The notes under the pieces were generated by a model. That model did not search any database and was not told the DNA's origin. It worked only from the letters and a program-made list of their open reading frames with translations. Both the position numbers and the translations under genes were made by a program. DNA of 63,805 nucleotides, filler included, from Octopus bimaculoides (Eukaryota): assembly GCF_001194135.2 (NCBI RefSeq). It is 7 parts of 6 records of this genome, joined end to end, with 100 filler letters (N's around TTAATTAATTAA, not from the genome) between each part and the next. Parts side by side here need not be neighbours in the genome. Positions count along the whole stretch, not along the records: positions 1 to 11,276 come from NC_068991.1; positions 11,377 to 20,698 come from NC_068988.1; 5 more parts are not named here. One strand, written 5' to 3'. Each line of letters opens with the position of its first letter. The first letter of the stretch is position 1. Below, piece after piece: positions 1 through 11,575 of this stretch.

Positions 1-184
1 GACGTCAGTGATTGGTTGAAATTACAGAAATACAACTTTAACATGGAATAACTTGCGATGTACGTTTTTTTTTGTTAAGAAGACTAAGAGTAAAAGATGT
101 TTTATATGACACATTCTACCAGTGTCCCAAGTTTCAAAGTGTTTCGTTAAGAAAATACTGGTGCCCCCGTTTTGAACTAGATCC

Positions 185-320
185 TATCCCCGAGAACTAC
201 GTTAAGGGTACACGTGTCTGTGGAGTGCTCAGCCACTTGCACGTTAATTTCACGAGTAGGCTGTTCCGTTGATCGGATCAACTGGAACCCTCGACGTCGT
301 AAGCGACGGAGTGCCAACAA
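185..320 (+). mobile_element. SINE family A, 3' fragment
   Basis: Matches the 3' third of the copies at 4464 and 22041, ending cgacggagtgccaacaac. Confidence 0.85.
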
Positions 321-963
321 CATGAATAATGTACACATACATAACCCAAATGACTCTGCATCAACCGTATACACACCAAAAGAAAACAACGAACATTTTG
401 TATTAAAAAAACAACATTTTTCTACATCAACGAAAAACATCTTTATGAACATTTACTGAACATTTCACAAACGAACTTTTTCCACGAACATTTTTTATTT
501 TTCTTTCAATTCCCTGCATGTGCATTTGTTTTGCTTTCATTTTAAAATGTTTTGCTCCTTGTATGCTTACACACATTTACACCACTCATATTCACATTTG
601 TGCTATCACTTGATCTCTGCGCCACTGAAAGACACCTTACCTTTATTAGACCTCCAGTGCGTCGCGCAATCAATAAAGTTGCATATCTCTTTCAACGCGC
701 CAGCATATTACATTTATGTTTCTGCCTAGGCATATCATATTGCCTTAACATATTGCACACACCAACACTGAACTTTAATTATTTGCTTTATATTTTTATT
801 TCTTTCACTTCCCATGTTTTTGACAAGTATTCATTTGTCTGTAAATTACACTGTATACATTTTTCTGCATTACACGCGAAATCACATTTTCAGTATCACA
901 CGGATCTGTATCGTTCGATCTTTGTGGCTTTCTCGCTAGAAGTGGAGTAATGTAAAAACTAAC

Positions 964-1104
964 TTTCTCCGAGCTTAGATTCGAAACGGAACCTAAGGAT
1001 TTTCGCTCGACTGATTCACCACTGACCAAACAGGCGCGAAAGAAATTTCTTTGTTCTGTCAAAAAACGATGGATCGTTTCCCTTTGACCTCCGACCTCAG
1101 CCAT
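964..1104 (-). CDS. Candidate first coding exon of a gene running off the left edge
   Basis: acATGG start with an upstream in-frame stop, 47 codons MAEVGGQRETIHRFLTEQRNFFRACLVSGESVERKSLGSVSNLSSEK, then donor |gttagt, in a CpG-richer patch. No family recognised. Confidence 0.2.
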
Positions 1105-1230
1105 GTCAGGTGAAATTCAAATGGACAGGAGTTGACCTATTTAGGCACAATTTCTCTTGCAGTATGTCTGTTCTTCTAGCTGCCACGTCTTGTAATCCGT
1201 AAAGGGACAGACAGAAAAGACAGTGTCGAA

Positions 1231-1461
1231 AGCGGCGAGCTGGCAGAAACGTTAGCAAGCCGGGCGAAATGCTTAGCGGTATTTCGTCTGCCGCTACGTT
1301 CTGAGTTCAAATTCCGCCGAGGTTGACTTTGCCTTTCATCCTTTCGGGGTCGATAAATTAAGTACCAGTTACGCACTGGGGTCGATGTAATCGACTTAAT
1401 CCTTTTGTCTGTCCTTGTTTGTCCCTTCTTTGTTTAGCCCCTTGCGGGCAATAAAGAAATA
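1231..1461 (+). mobile_element. tRNA-derived SINE family C, full copy
   Basis: tRNA-like head with gagttcaaattcc B box. Flanked by the direct repeat agaaaagacagtgtcgaa (1213-1230 / 1462-1479). Second copy at 60162. Confidence 0.85.
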
Positions 1462-2795
1462 AGAAAAGACAGTGTCGAAGAGAAACGTGCACGAGATAGC
1501 TAGCCAGTAGTTTCTCAAATATTCAACATGAACGACAGACGATATCCCAGAACCTAAACAGACACCACTAAATGACCAACGCACACGCAGACACAAAACA
1601 TGTCCTGTTCTACACTAACACATTCACAGTATGTATCCTGTTGATTTCTTCGCCAGCTCGAAGCAGTTGGCAACGATTTGATGTAGTGAAGATTTGTGTA
1701 TACAACAAGCAAATGCAAGTGTTGTTTAAATAAATTATTGTTTACTTTGAAGTCGTACGCATGTTTATTTCATCTGATACCTCAACATCTTCTGATACAC
1801 CTTTTCCACTACAAGCCTCTTGCAAGAAGCAAATTAATTTTTTAAATGTTTTCTCGGTGCAGCATAGTAAATGAGCTTGTTAATGTTTATATTGAGAGGA
1901 GGTAAAAAATGTTTATAATTAGAGAAAAAAAAATATCCAGAATCACAAATTTCTTTATGTTAGGTAATAACAAGGAAATCACAGATACTCTGTGTGCTTT
2001 GTAAGTTATATTCACAAAAGTAATAAACGACTTATCTCCATGGTAACGATTTGGTGTTTCTTTTTTTTTTTTTTTTTTTTNNNNNNNNNNNNNNNNNNNN
2101 NNNNNNNNNNNNNNNNNNNNNNNNNNNNNNNNNNNNNNNNNNNNNNNNNNNNNNNNNNNNNNNNNNNNNNNNNNNNNNNNNNNNNNNNNNNNNNNNNNNN
2201 NNNNNNNNNNNNNNNNNNNNNNNNNNNNNNNNNNNNNNNNNNNNNNNNNNNNNNNNNNNNNNNNNNNNNNNNNNNNNNNNNNNNNNNNNNNNNNNNNNNN
2301 NNNNNNNNNNNNNNNNNNNNNNNNNNNNNNNCTGTAGTCTGGATATCACCCATGGTGATATTCGCTTTGCGACGATGAGTTAGGCCTAACGAGAACAGAC
2401 GCCTCACTCTGTGTCCAACGAATCCTCTACATTCGACTTCGATTGGAAAATGCTCCGCTTTCCAGCCTCAGTCTTCACATTCCACGAGGAAGAAAACAAA
2501 ATGGGGAAGGTGAATTACGAAGATAACGAGTAATTTAAGAAGATTTTGTGGAAGATAATTATTATCGAGTCTCGAGACAATAAGTATTTAAAAGAATAAA
2601 TAAATATTTCAGAGAATATAAACCCTCACATAAGTAAAGTGTAATACAAAATCCCGTTATTATCTTGATGAGAATCACATTGGCCTCATTGCATCTCTCC
2701 CACTGAAGGGGTTAAAGGCTAAGTCAACCACGGCAGCATTTAGATAAAATGTAATCGACTAGCCCTCACGCCTTGTAAAACAAATCATATACTGA

Positions 2796-2960
2796 GGCAA
2801 TAGTGTGACTGTATGGTAAGCAGTTTGATTCCAAACCACATGGTTCTGGGTTCAGTCCTATTGCATGGCACTTTGGACAGGTGATTTCTACTTATAACCT
2901 CAGGTTGACCAAAGCCTTGTGAGTGGATTTGGTACAAGAAACCGAAAGAAGCCTTCCTTG
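2796..2960 (+). mobile_element. tRNA-derived SINE family B, 5' half
   Basis: ggttcagtcc B box and ccaaagccttgtgagtggatttggta...gaaagaagcc, shared with about 10 other copies in the window. Confidence 0.8.
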
Positions 2961-3018
2961 TATGTATGTGTGTGTATATATATATGGGTGTTGGTGTGTG
3001 TATGTATATATGTATATC

Positions 3019-3790
3019 TAAGGTTATCCCATAAATAAGGCAGTTTTTTTTCCGATTGCATGAACTAAAAGTCGGAGGGGAACAGGATAAACTACCGGCA
3101 TCAACTTGCTATAAAAGCAAATAGTAATTTTACCTTCTACTTAATCTTAGTGCAATTTTTGAAGAGTGCAGTTCGATTTTCATAGTTATTTTTTCAAAGC
3201 AATAATGGAAGTGACAAAGGAGCATATTCGGCATATTTTGATTTATAAGTTCAATAAAGGTAACAATGCAACGGAAAGTGTGAGGAATATTAATGCAGTA
3301 TATGGGGATCGGACAATAAGCGTAAACCAGTGTCAACGGTGGTTCCAGAAATTCCGAGCCTGAAATTACAGCCTAGAAGACAAGCCTTGTCCTGGAAGAT
3401 CGGTGGAGTTCGACGAAGACGTCCTATAAACCCTGGTCGAACAAAATCCCATCGTAACTGTTGAAGAACTAGCAGAGAAGCTTGGATTTAGTTATTCATC
3501 CATTCATCGACACCTGCGTGCCATCGGAAAAGTCAGCAAATTGGGTCAATAGGTTCCTCACAAATTTTCCGAGTCTAATCGTGCAAGTGAATGTGTGCTC
3601 CTCTTTGATGTCACGTTTCACGAATGAGCCTTTTTTACCGAATAGTGACAGGTGAGGCGAAATGGATTATCTATAAAAATGTCAAGCGCCAAAGACAGTG
3701 AGTAGGGAAAGGAGAAACACTGGCACCCCAGGGTAAAGACGGTTTTCACCCACGTAAGGTGTTATCTATTTTGTGGGATATGAACTTTTA
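3019..3790 (+). mobile_element. Mariner transposon, 5' part with decayed transposase
   Basis: TA-initiated TIR-like end taaggttatcccataaataagg. Reads MEVTKEHIRHIL...QCQRWFQKFRA*NYSLEDKP..GR...KLGQ*VPHK...LSILWD, with stops and frameshifts. Confidence 0.9.
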
Positions 3791-4444
3791 AACCTGTAGC
3801 ATATTCCTCTCTCCCTCTCTCTCTCTCTCTCTTTATAAATAACTAGCTTTTCACCGTCACAGTTTGTCAGTCGTTTCGGCTCTAGACCATCTGAGGCCTA
3901 GCCACTGACCACAGAGCACACAGCCAGTTCCAGCGACGACACCACATCAGCTTCATGGAGACTCAACACTCAACCAACAGCTTACGGCAAACTCCATCTT
4001 CGTCGTCACCATCATCTTCTTAACTACACCAACTTCTCTACGTACACACCACCAACAGCATTCGCACAGGTACTATTCTCATACTATTCTCAACTCTGTT
4101 TGTGAATTACTTCACCATGGTTAACAGCGAATACAACCTGCGAGAACTCCTGTACCAATAGATTCTCCCGAATCTATTTCTGTTCTTTGCAAGGCGACTG
4201 TTAATGAGTGTAACTTACCTTTTAGAATCTGCAGATCATTATGATCACATGGAGTCAACAGATAATTAACCAGTACTGGACCAACAGGTTTTATTTCTCT
4301 GTATAGGCTGCAAAGGTATTCTTGCACGAAGTTTATCTGCATGTTTTAATGATCTTAGCTTCTATTACCAACGAAAATTTACTTCGAAGTTCATCAGATA
4401 TTTTCTTTTCCACTTCTTGAGTAAGTTTCTCTATGTATTTCTTT

Positions 4445-6530
4445 AAGGTTACTGGAGTCCTTAGTGGAGGCGCAATGGCCCAGTGGTTAGGGCAGCGGAC
4501 TCGCAGTCATAGGATAGCGGTTTCGATTCCCAGACCGGGCGTTGTGAGTGTTTATTGAGCGAAAACACCTAAAACTCCGCGAGGCTCCGGCAGAGGATGG
4601 TGGCGAACCCTGCTGTACTCTTTCACCACGACTTTCTCTCACTCTTACTTCCTGTTTCTGTTGTGCCTGTATTTCAAAGGGTCATCCTTGTCACACTGTG
4701 TCACGCTGAATATCCCCAAGAACTACGTTAAGGGTACACGTGTGTGTGGAGTGCTCAGCCACTTGCACGTTAATTTCACGAGCAGGCTGTTCCGTTGATC
4801 GGATCAACTGGAACCTTCGACGTCGTAAGCGATGGAGTGCCAACAACTGGAGTCCTTTGATGCAAATAATCTTATGTTTTCTAATACTAACTTCAAGAAA
4901 CCTGACAGTCACCTGTTCACCTACCAGTCTGATGGGTACACTAGTCAGATTGACTACATTCTCACCAGAAAACAAGAAAGACGGTTACTTATAAATGCCA
5001 AAACTTTCTCGGGTGAAGACTGCACCCCACAACATTGGTTAGTAGTTAGCAACTTCAGGATCAGAGCTAAATGGCTACCCAGAAGACAACCAGCATGGAG
5101 AAGAAAGGATCCTCTGAATGGACAGAGATTTAGAGATGAAGCTTTTGACGAAAAAGAGGAGGATATAGCTTCACATAATGTAGAGGACAACCAGAGGTTC
5201 CTACAGAACAACCTGTCGAGGGCTACTGACTAGATCTGTGGGTGGTGCAATGTCCCCTCTCAACCTAAGGTGGATAGTTTTTGTGTGTGGCAGATGCATG
5301 TGTGCAATAAACACAGAAGATGTACAGGAAACGGATTCTATCATATACCAGGGGGTAAAACTAATAGTTGATGGCTAGGTGACCAAGTCAGTAGCAAGGT
5401 GGATGCTCTGAGAGTGTAGCTGCTAGAATAAGAATAGCCCGGGCAAAGTTCAGAGAGCTTCTACCTCTGCTGGTAACAAAGGGTCTCTCGCTCAGAGTGA
5501 AAGGTAGACTGTATGATGCTTGTGTGTGAACAGCCATGCAACACAGCATTGAAGCATGGGCTGTGACTGCTGAGGACATGCGTAGGCTTGAAAGAAATGA
5601 AACATGTTCTGCTGGATGTGTAATGTCAGTGTGCATACACGACAGAGCGTAAGTGCTCTGAGAGAAAAGTTGGACATAGTAAGGATCAGATGTGGTGTGC
5701 AAGAGAGATGACTGTGCTGGTGTGGTCATGTGTTGCATATTGACGAGGACAGCTGTGTGAAGAAATCTCACACCCAAACAGTGAAGGGAACCTGTGGAAG
5801 AGGTAGACCCAGGAAGACACAGGACAATGTGGTGAAGCATGACCTTCGAACGTTGGGCCTCACAGAGGCAAAGCAGCTGAGACCTTTGGAGATAGGCTGT
5901 GCTTGAGAAGACCTGGCAAGCCAAGTGAGATTATAGCCATGGCCGATGCCAGTGTTATATAACTGGCCCACTGAAAAGTACCCTTCAGTCATCGGGTAAT
6001 ATGTTGTGCTTATGAAGACCTGTTGAACCAAGTGAAATCGTAGTTGTGGCATATGCCAGTGGCACCTGATTGCAGGAAAAACTCATGTGTTTGTGGGTGG
6101 GGAGAAGCACCATTCGAGCGTAACAGATGCCAGTGCAACCTGACTGGCACCTGTGTTGGTGGCGTGTAAAAAGCACCATTCAAGTGTGGTTGATGCCAGT
6201 GCCGCCTGACTGGCTCTTGTGCCAGTGGAACATGAAAAGCACCATTCGAGTGTGACCAATGCCAGTGCCACCTGACTGGCACATAAAAAGCACCATTCGA
6301 GAGTGATCAATGCCAGTGCTGCCTGACTGGCTCCCTTGCTGGTGGCACGTAAAAAGCACCCACGGTACTCTCAGAGTGGTTGATGCTAAGAAGAGCATTC
6401 AGCTGTAGAATCCTTGCGAAATCAGATTGGAGCCTGATGCAGCCTCCCAGCTTGCCAGCCCTCAGTCATACCATACAACCCATGCCAGCATGGAAAGCAG
6501 ACATTAAATTACAGTGATGATGATGAATGT
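4445..6530 (+). mobile_element. Internally deleted RTE-clade LINE (APE fragment, RT C-terminus, 3' UTR)
   Basis: RLLESFDANNLMFSNTNFKKPDSHLFTYQSDGYTSQIDYIL (APE), then AKFRELLPLLVTKGLSLRVKGRLYDAC and GRGRPRKT (RTE C-terminus), about 60-bp tandem units in the UTR and a (gat)n tail. RT core missing near 5270. Confidence 0.85.
4464..4845 (+). mobile_element. tRNA-derived SINE family A, full copy
   Basis: A box tggcccagtggtt, B box gtttcgattcc, 12-bp TSD actggagtcctt. Inserted into the RTE endonuclease fragment. Confidence 0.9.
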
Positions 6531-6921
6531 AAAGCCAGACGAAATGCCACGAAGCATTGTGTCTGAATTGCTACTGATTCTACCAGCTCATCTCCTTTTA
6601 ATCACACCATAATAGACATAATAATGCAATACTATCGCTTTTACCCATTAAGATCACAATTTTGCCAAAACCTACACTGCATCACTCTCTAAGATATCAA
6701 TGTCTTGTTGAAGGATGTCAGACCCATATTTGACTCATTCCCTTGCCCTAGAAACCTCTGATGTTGTTTTAAATATTTGAAATTTATATGCTGATATTTC
6801 ATGGGAGTGTTGACCCATATTCAGATTCCAATTTTAAGCAGCTGGCTTAGTGGGTTTAACATTACATTTTTTGACAAAATCTTACTTGCTTGAAAATCTA
6901 ATTCTCTTCTTTATTTTTCAG

Positions 6922-7014
6922 GTAAATAGTGAACCAATTCGACAACAGAAAGTCCTGGAACAACAGAATTGTAGTGACGTCATATTGGCACCAAAAGGCA
7001 GGCGCCATTACTGA
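6922..7014 (+). CDS. Candidate terminal exon, unknown protein
   Basis: Very strong acceptor attctcttctttatttttcag|. Phase-0 frame VNSEPIRQQKVLEQQNCSDVILAPKGRRHY*. Confidence 0.2.
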   Translation, partial: VNSEPIRQQKVLEQQNCSDVILAPKGRRHY

Positions 7015-7189
7015 ATCCTNNNNNNNNNNNNNNNNNNNNNNNNNNNNNNNNNNNNNNNNNNNNNNNNNNNNNNNNNNNNNNNNNNNNNNNNNNNNNNNNN
7101 NNNNNNNNNNNNNNNNNNNACAGAGCAAGTGATAGGAGTTAGAGACATGTGAAGAGGTGTTTTTGGATGAAGAGGATATGCAGATCTAT

Positions 7190-7460
7190 AGTCATCATCG
7201 TTGTCATTGTTGTTTAGTGTATGTTCCATGCTGGAATGGGCTGAGCAGGCAAGTGTCAGAAGACTATACCAAACTCTGCTGTCTGTCTTGGTAGAGTTTC
7301 CGCAGTTGAATACCCCTCCTAATGCCAACCACTGTACACAGTGCACAGGGTGCTTTTTAACATGGCACCAGCAACAATGAGGTCACCAAGCAACTTGCAG
7401 GACAAGGCCCTCTCAATGAAGTGGGGAGTGGTATTGAAGGACCAAAAAGGTGTCTTGCAT
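7190..7460 (-). mobile_element. Degenerate 3' end of an RTE-related repeat
   Basis: catcatcg...ttccatgctggaatgggctg...cctaatgccaaccact...ggtgcttttt, similar to the copies at 8085 and 24505. Confidence 0.55.
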
Positions 7461-7769
7461 TAGAAGAAAGACATGGTTACCTCAGATGGAGAAGAGAGAG
7501 AGAGAAGAGAAAAAAGAACAGGTGATAGAGTGGGAGCAACAAATCGTTAAAAAAAAATCTATTGATTGCAGAATATAAAAATAATGTTTCTAAGTGAAAT
7601 ATGTCTTAGTTCTCGTCCTGGGAAAAAATTCATATCCTATTTATAGCTGGATGTGAATCTGGAAAAATCTCAGTGAATAACTTTGATAAACAATCAGCTT
7701 TTCTAGAACTTTAATGGTGTTCCATCACATGATAAGCCATTACAAACCTAGAGATACTTATTTGATAAT

Positions 7770-8048
7770 GAATAAGAAGTTTTGAATGGTACAACAATGC
7801 ACTATAATACAAATAATGGACTATATACCTGTTGTAATTTAGTTATCTATAGTCTGATGATATTTCGGAATACAAATCCTTCTTCAGATATTCTTAGATG
7901 GAGTCTAGCAGAGACTCCATCTAAGAATATCTGAAGAAGGATTTGTATTCCGAAATATCATCAGACTATAGATAACTAAATTACAACAGGTATATAGTCC
8001 ATTATTTGTATTATAGTGCATTGTTGTACCATTCAAAACTTCTTATTC
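7770..8048. repeat. Perfect inverted repeat with 137-bp arms and a 5-nt loop
   Basis: 7770-7906 is the exact reverse complement of 7912-8048; loop agcag. Confidence 0.95.
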
Positions 8049-8084
8049 TTTACAAACAATACACAATGCTTCAAGCGAACTACA

Positions 8085-8272
8085 TCATCATCGTTTAACG
8101 TCCGCTTTCCATACTAGCATGGGTTGGACGATTTGACTGAGGACTGGTGAAACCGGATGGCAACACCAGGCTCCAATCTAATTTGGCAGAGTTTCTACAG
8201 CTGGATGCCCTTCCTAACGCCAACCACTCAGAGAGTGTAGTGGGTGCTTTTACGTGTCACCCGCACGAAAAC
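8085..8272 (-). mobile_element. RTE 3' end, cut by a gap
   Basis: (cat)n tail plus tttaacgtccgctttccat...ggatgcccttcctaacgccaaccact, near-identical to 24540-24700. Confidence 0.8.
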
Positions 8273-8959
8273 NNNNNNNNNNNNNNNNNNNNNNNNNNNN
8301 NNNNNNNNNNNNNNNNNNNNNNNNNNNNNNNNNNNNNNNNNNNNNNNNNNNNNNNNNNNNNNNNNNNNNNNNNNNNNNNNNNNNNNNNNNNNNNNNNNNN
8401 NNNNNNNNNNNNNNNNNNNNNNNNNNNNNNNNNNNNNNNNNNNNNNNNNNNNNNNNNNNNNNNNNNNNNNNNNNNNNNNNNNNNNNNNNNNNNNNNNNNN
8501 NNNNNNNNNNNNNNNNNNNNNNNNNNNNNNNNNNNNNNNNNNNNNNNNNNNNNNNNNNNNNNNNNNNNNNNNNNNNNNNNNNNNNNNNNNNNNNNNNNNN
8601 NNNNNNNNNNNNNNNNNNNNNNNNNNNNNNNNNNNNNNNNNNNNNNNNNNNNNNNNNNNNNNNNNNNNNNNNNNNNNNNNNNNNNNNNNNNNNNNNNNNN
8701 NNNNNNNNNNNNNNNNNNNNNNNNNNNNNNNNNNNNNNNNNNNNNNNNNNNNNNNNNNNNNNNNNNNNNNNNNNNNNNNNNNNNNNNNNNNNNNNNNNNN
8801 NNNNNNNNNNNNNNNNNNNNNNNNAGATACAATGAATGTTTTTTAAGAAATACAGGCAGGCTTTTGGAACAAGCCACATGAATAAAATGTTTCTTTTTTT
8901 TTTTGTGTTTGGTATTTTTCATCATCTTATAAAATGATGATAAATACCAAAAAAAAAAA

Positions 8960-9573
8960 AATCCTTACCACCTGAGGTCAAATAAGCAAGCAGAGCAATT
9001 CGTAGATACTTTCAAGCAAGTGCTAAAGAAAGCCCAGGAACGAGTTAGGAAATGATGAAACACTAACTAAATTCTTCAGGGTGTACAGAATAATGCCCAG
9101 TCTGAATACCAGTTCAGGCAAGTTGCCTGCAGAGCTAATGTTTGCTCAAAAGATTAAATCGATCTTCGACAAATTGTTGTTAAAAGCAAAAAAACATAGA
9201 GAGGAAATACAAAAAGTTCAACCAAACATTTTGATGTCAGAGACAAAGTCCGTTTCAAAGTATACAAGAATGGTAAAGAGAGTTGGCAGGATGTTTCCAA
9301 AAAGAATTGGAAACATGATGTGTTTAATAAAAGGCCAATGATGGGAGCATAAATGACACCTAAATCAATTAAAAACCAGAGATACAGAAGAAAGGAAGGA
9401 AACTCCAGTGGAAGTGTTTTACGACATGTTCCGATATTCCAGCACTGAAAGAGATTGAGCCTAGAAGAAGCAGTAACAGAGAAACGTAAACAGACTGAAC
9501 ATTCAGAAATAATTCTTAAGTGGAAAAGGCACTGAACTCCCTAGGGAAGCAAAATTTCAAAACGGGAGAGAGG
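8960..9573 (+). mobile_element. Ty3/Gypsy (Mag/K02A2.6-like) integrase C-terminal remnant
   Basis: PYHLRSNKQAEQFVDTFKQVLKK, then after a frameshift FFRVYRIMPSLNTSSGKLPAELMFAQKIKSIFDKLL and KRIGNMMCLIKG..HLNQLK. Polypurine tract gggagagagg before TG at 9574. Confidence 0.85.
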
Positions 9574-9653
9574 TGTTGGAAAGAAAGGAAAAATAAAATA
9601 TAATGATAAAATAAATTCCGTTTCCTACAGAAGTTGAAATCTCAAAGGGGAGA

Positions 9654-9897
9654 TGTTGTGGCAAGAGTCACAACACCCCCTGCAAGAATAAACTTGACCG
9701 AATGACTATAAAAAGTAACAATCTGGGGGGAAGAGTAGGTATTAATTGCAGGGAGTCATAAGGTGTTGTTTTAGTAGTTTGTTGGAATATCGTTTGTTGG
9801 TTCTTGTATAGTTTGATTGCTACATTACTGATACCCTGCTTCATTATATGTTTATTGTTACTATGTGGTTATAGTGTGAACAAGTACCGTCATAACA
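9654..9897 (+). mobile_element. Candidate LTR
   Basis: Preceded by purine tract aaaggggaga, starts TGTTG, contains aataaa, ends TAACA and is followed by attggtga. Confidence 0.45.
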
Positions 9898-10459
9898 ATT
9901 GGTGATACAACAAAAATTGAAAATAACCTCTCAGTCTAGCTTAAATCTTGAGAGATGTGCTTCCCAGGAAGTCTTTTTCTGCCTTGCATAATTTCTATCA
10001 GAGATCCTGTATGTGTGTGTGTGTGTGTCTATGAATGTACATGTACCAACATGTATATTCCAATGCCAAAGCTGCTATAGTGATTTAGGGGCAAAGGAGA
10101 ATGGAGTTTAGCTTTGGATCAGACTTGCACATAATCAAAGACAGCTGTCACCATCCTGCTTTTAAGAATAAATATCTGCCCTTGTGTCACTCTGTAGCTT
10201 CTGCTGGGGACTACTTCTTCTACTGGCTCCTTCCACTATTCCAAGATAATGAGGTGTGAGTTGGGCGAAATTTGGCTGCTATTTCTAGCGGATTGAGTTG
10301 ACCATATAAGAAACATATTTGACCTGAGTGGACATTGATTGGTATGTGAAACTGATAAACACAATTTCCCACCTTATTACTATAATAATGGGGGGACGAT
10401 GTTAATTTGAGAGATCAGAAATTTCTATGACTGTCTTGTTTAGTCTTGTCTCTCAATGT

Positions 10460-11235
10460 TTGGTGCCATTGCTATGGCTGATGTTGTTGCTATGGCTGAT
10501 GTCGTTGCTATGGCTGATGTCGTTGCTATGGTTTATGTCGTTGCTATGGTTAATGTTGTTGCTAAGGTTAACATCATGTTATGTTTAACTCATTAAGTCC
10601 CACTGTCCTATAAATAGGACACTAAATGAGAACATTAAATAAGCTATATCACATTGTCTCAGTGTCCTATTTATAGGACACCAAGTATTTCCATTTCTAT
10701 TTGAAGCAAAGGAGTTTTAATAATCATTTTTTTCATTTTAACCTATTTTCAATCATCTGTAAAAATTCAAAAGTAATAAACAGAAATTTAAGTATCTGAG
10801 ACTTAATGAATTAATATCATTGCTATGGTAGATTGTGGTTGCTAAGCTTTTTTATGGTTACTATGGCTTATTATGGTTGTTATGGTTTAATATGGTTGCT
10901 ATGTTTTATGGCTGCAAGAGTTTGTTTCAGTTGCTATGGTTTATTTTGGTTGCTATGGTTTACAGTAGTTGCTATGGCTTATAGTTGCTATGGTTTATCA
11001 TGGTTGCCATAGATTATTATGATTGCTCTGGCTTATGGTTGCTATGATTTAATGTATATGGTTTGTGTGGTATTATGGCTTTTGTAGTTGCTATGGTACC
11101 TAGCCGTTGCTATGAGTTTCTGCTGTTGCTATGGCTAATTGTCATTGCTATGGTTTTCATCTGACTGGTATTGTTTATTATTGTTACTATGGTTTTGTGT
11201 GGCTACCATGGTTTCACATAGTTACTATGGTTTGG
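10460..11235. repeat. Degenerate gttgctatgg minisatellite
   Basis: Dozens of gttgctatgg(n) cores with variable spacers, best conserved as 18-mers at 10470-10560. Confidence 0.85.
10585..10814. mobile_element. piggyBac-type MITE candidate
   Basis: TTAA at both ends. Terminal inverted repeats ctcattaagtccca / tgagacttaatgaa match at 12 of 14. Interrupts a minisatellite. Confidence 0.65.
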
Positions 11236-11320
11236 TATTCTTCCAATAGCTTTCCATCATTGCTTTTAATTCGTTANNNNNNNNNNNNNNNNNNNNNNNN
11301 NNNNNNNNNNNNNNNNNNNN

Positions 11321-11332
11321 TTAATTAATTAA
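11321..11332. other. Artificial TTAATTAATTAA spacer between N runs (also near 20743, 41829, 49484, 57445 and 61343)
   Basis: The identical 12-mer, with stops in all six frames, is flanked by Ns six times. Confidence 0.9.
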
Positions 11333-11424
11333 NNNNNNNNNNNNNNNNNNNNNNNNNNNNNNNNNNNNNNNNNNNNAGATAGATAGATAGATAGATAGAT
11401 AGATACACACACACACACACACAC

Positions 11425-11575
11425 AAAATGGGACAAGAACGCAAAACATCCAGACAGGTAGGTGATACAAGAAAGGGACAACAAAACATCCAGATAGACG
11501 ATACAAGGAAAACAGGGACGGGTCATCCGGAGTCTTCTTTCCTCAGTCGAGTTCCAGATTATCTTTGCAATGTCG
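11425..11575 (-). repeat. Unclassified interspersed repeat
   Basis: Reverse complement matches 53830-53960 (ctcgactgaggaaagaa...tctggatgttttg...ttgtcccatt). Confidence 0.75.

Noticed and set aside
1-120. gacgtca plus attgg as a CRE/CCAAT promoter
   Set aside because: Cut by the window edge, and it resembles an interspersed repeat end, so it cannot be supported.
72-459. Recurrent ORFs MSVECSA.../ALRRLRRRGFQLIRSTEQP... seen at five loci
   Set aside because: Chance frames through the SINE A tail, not a gene family.
4216-4342. Minus-strand frame INFVQEYLCSLYREIKPVGP...LQILK with a perfect AAG|gtaagt donor
   Set aside because: Acceptor is ambiguous, with no partner exon or family; kept only as a possibility.
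6100-6380. CRISPR-like array
   Set aside because: The units are contiguous, spacer-less tandem repeats inside a LINE 3' UTR in a eukaryotic genome.
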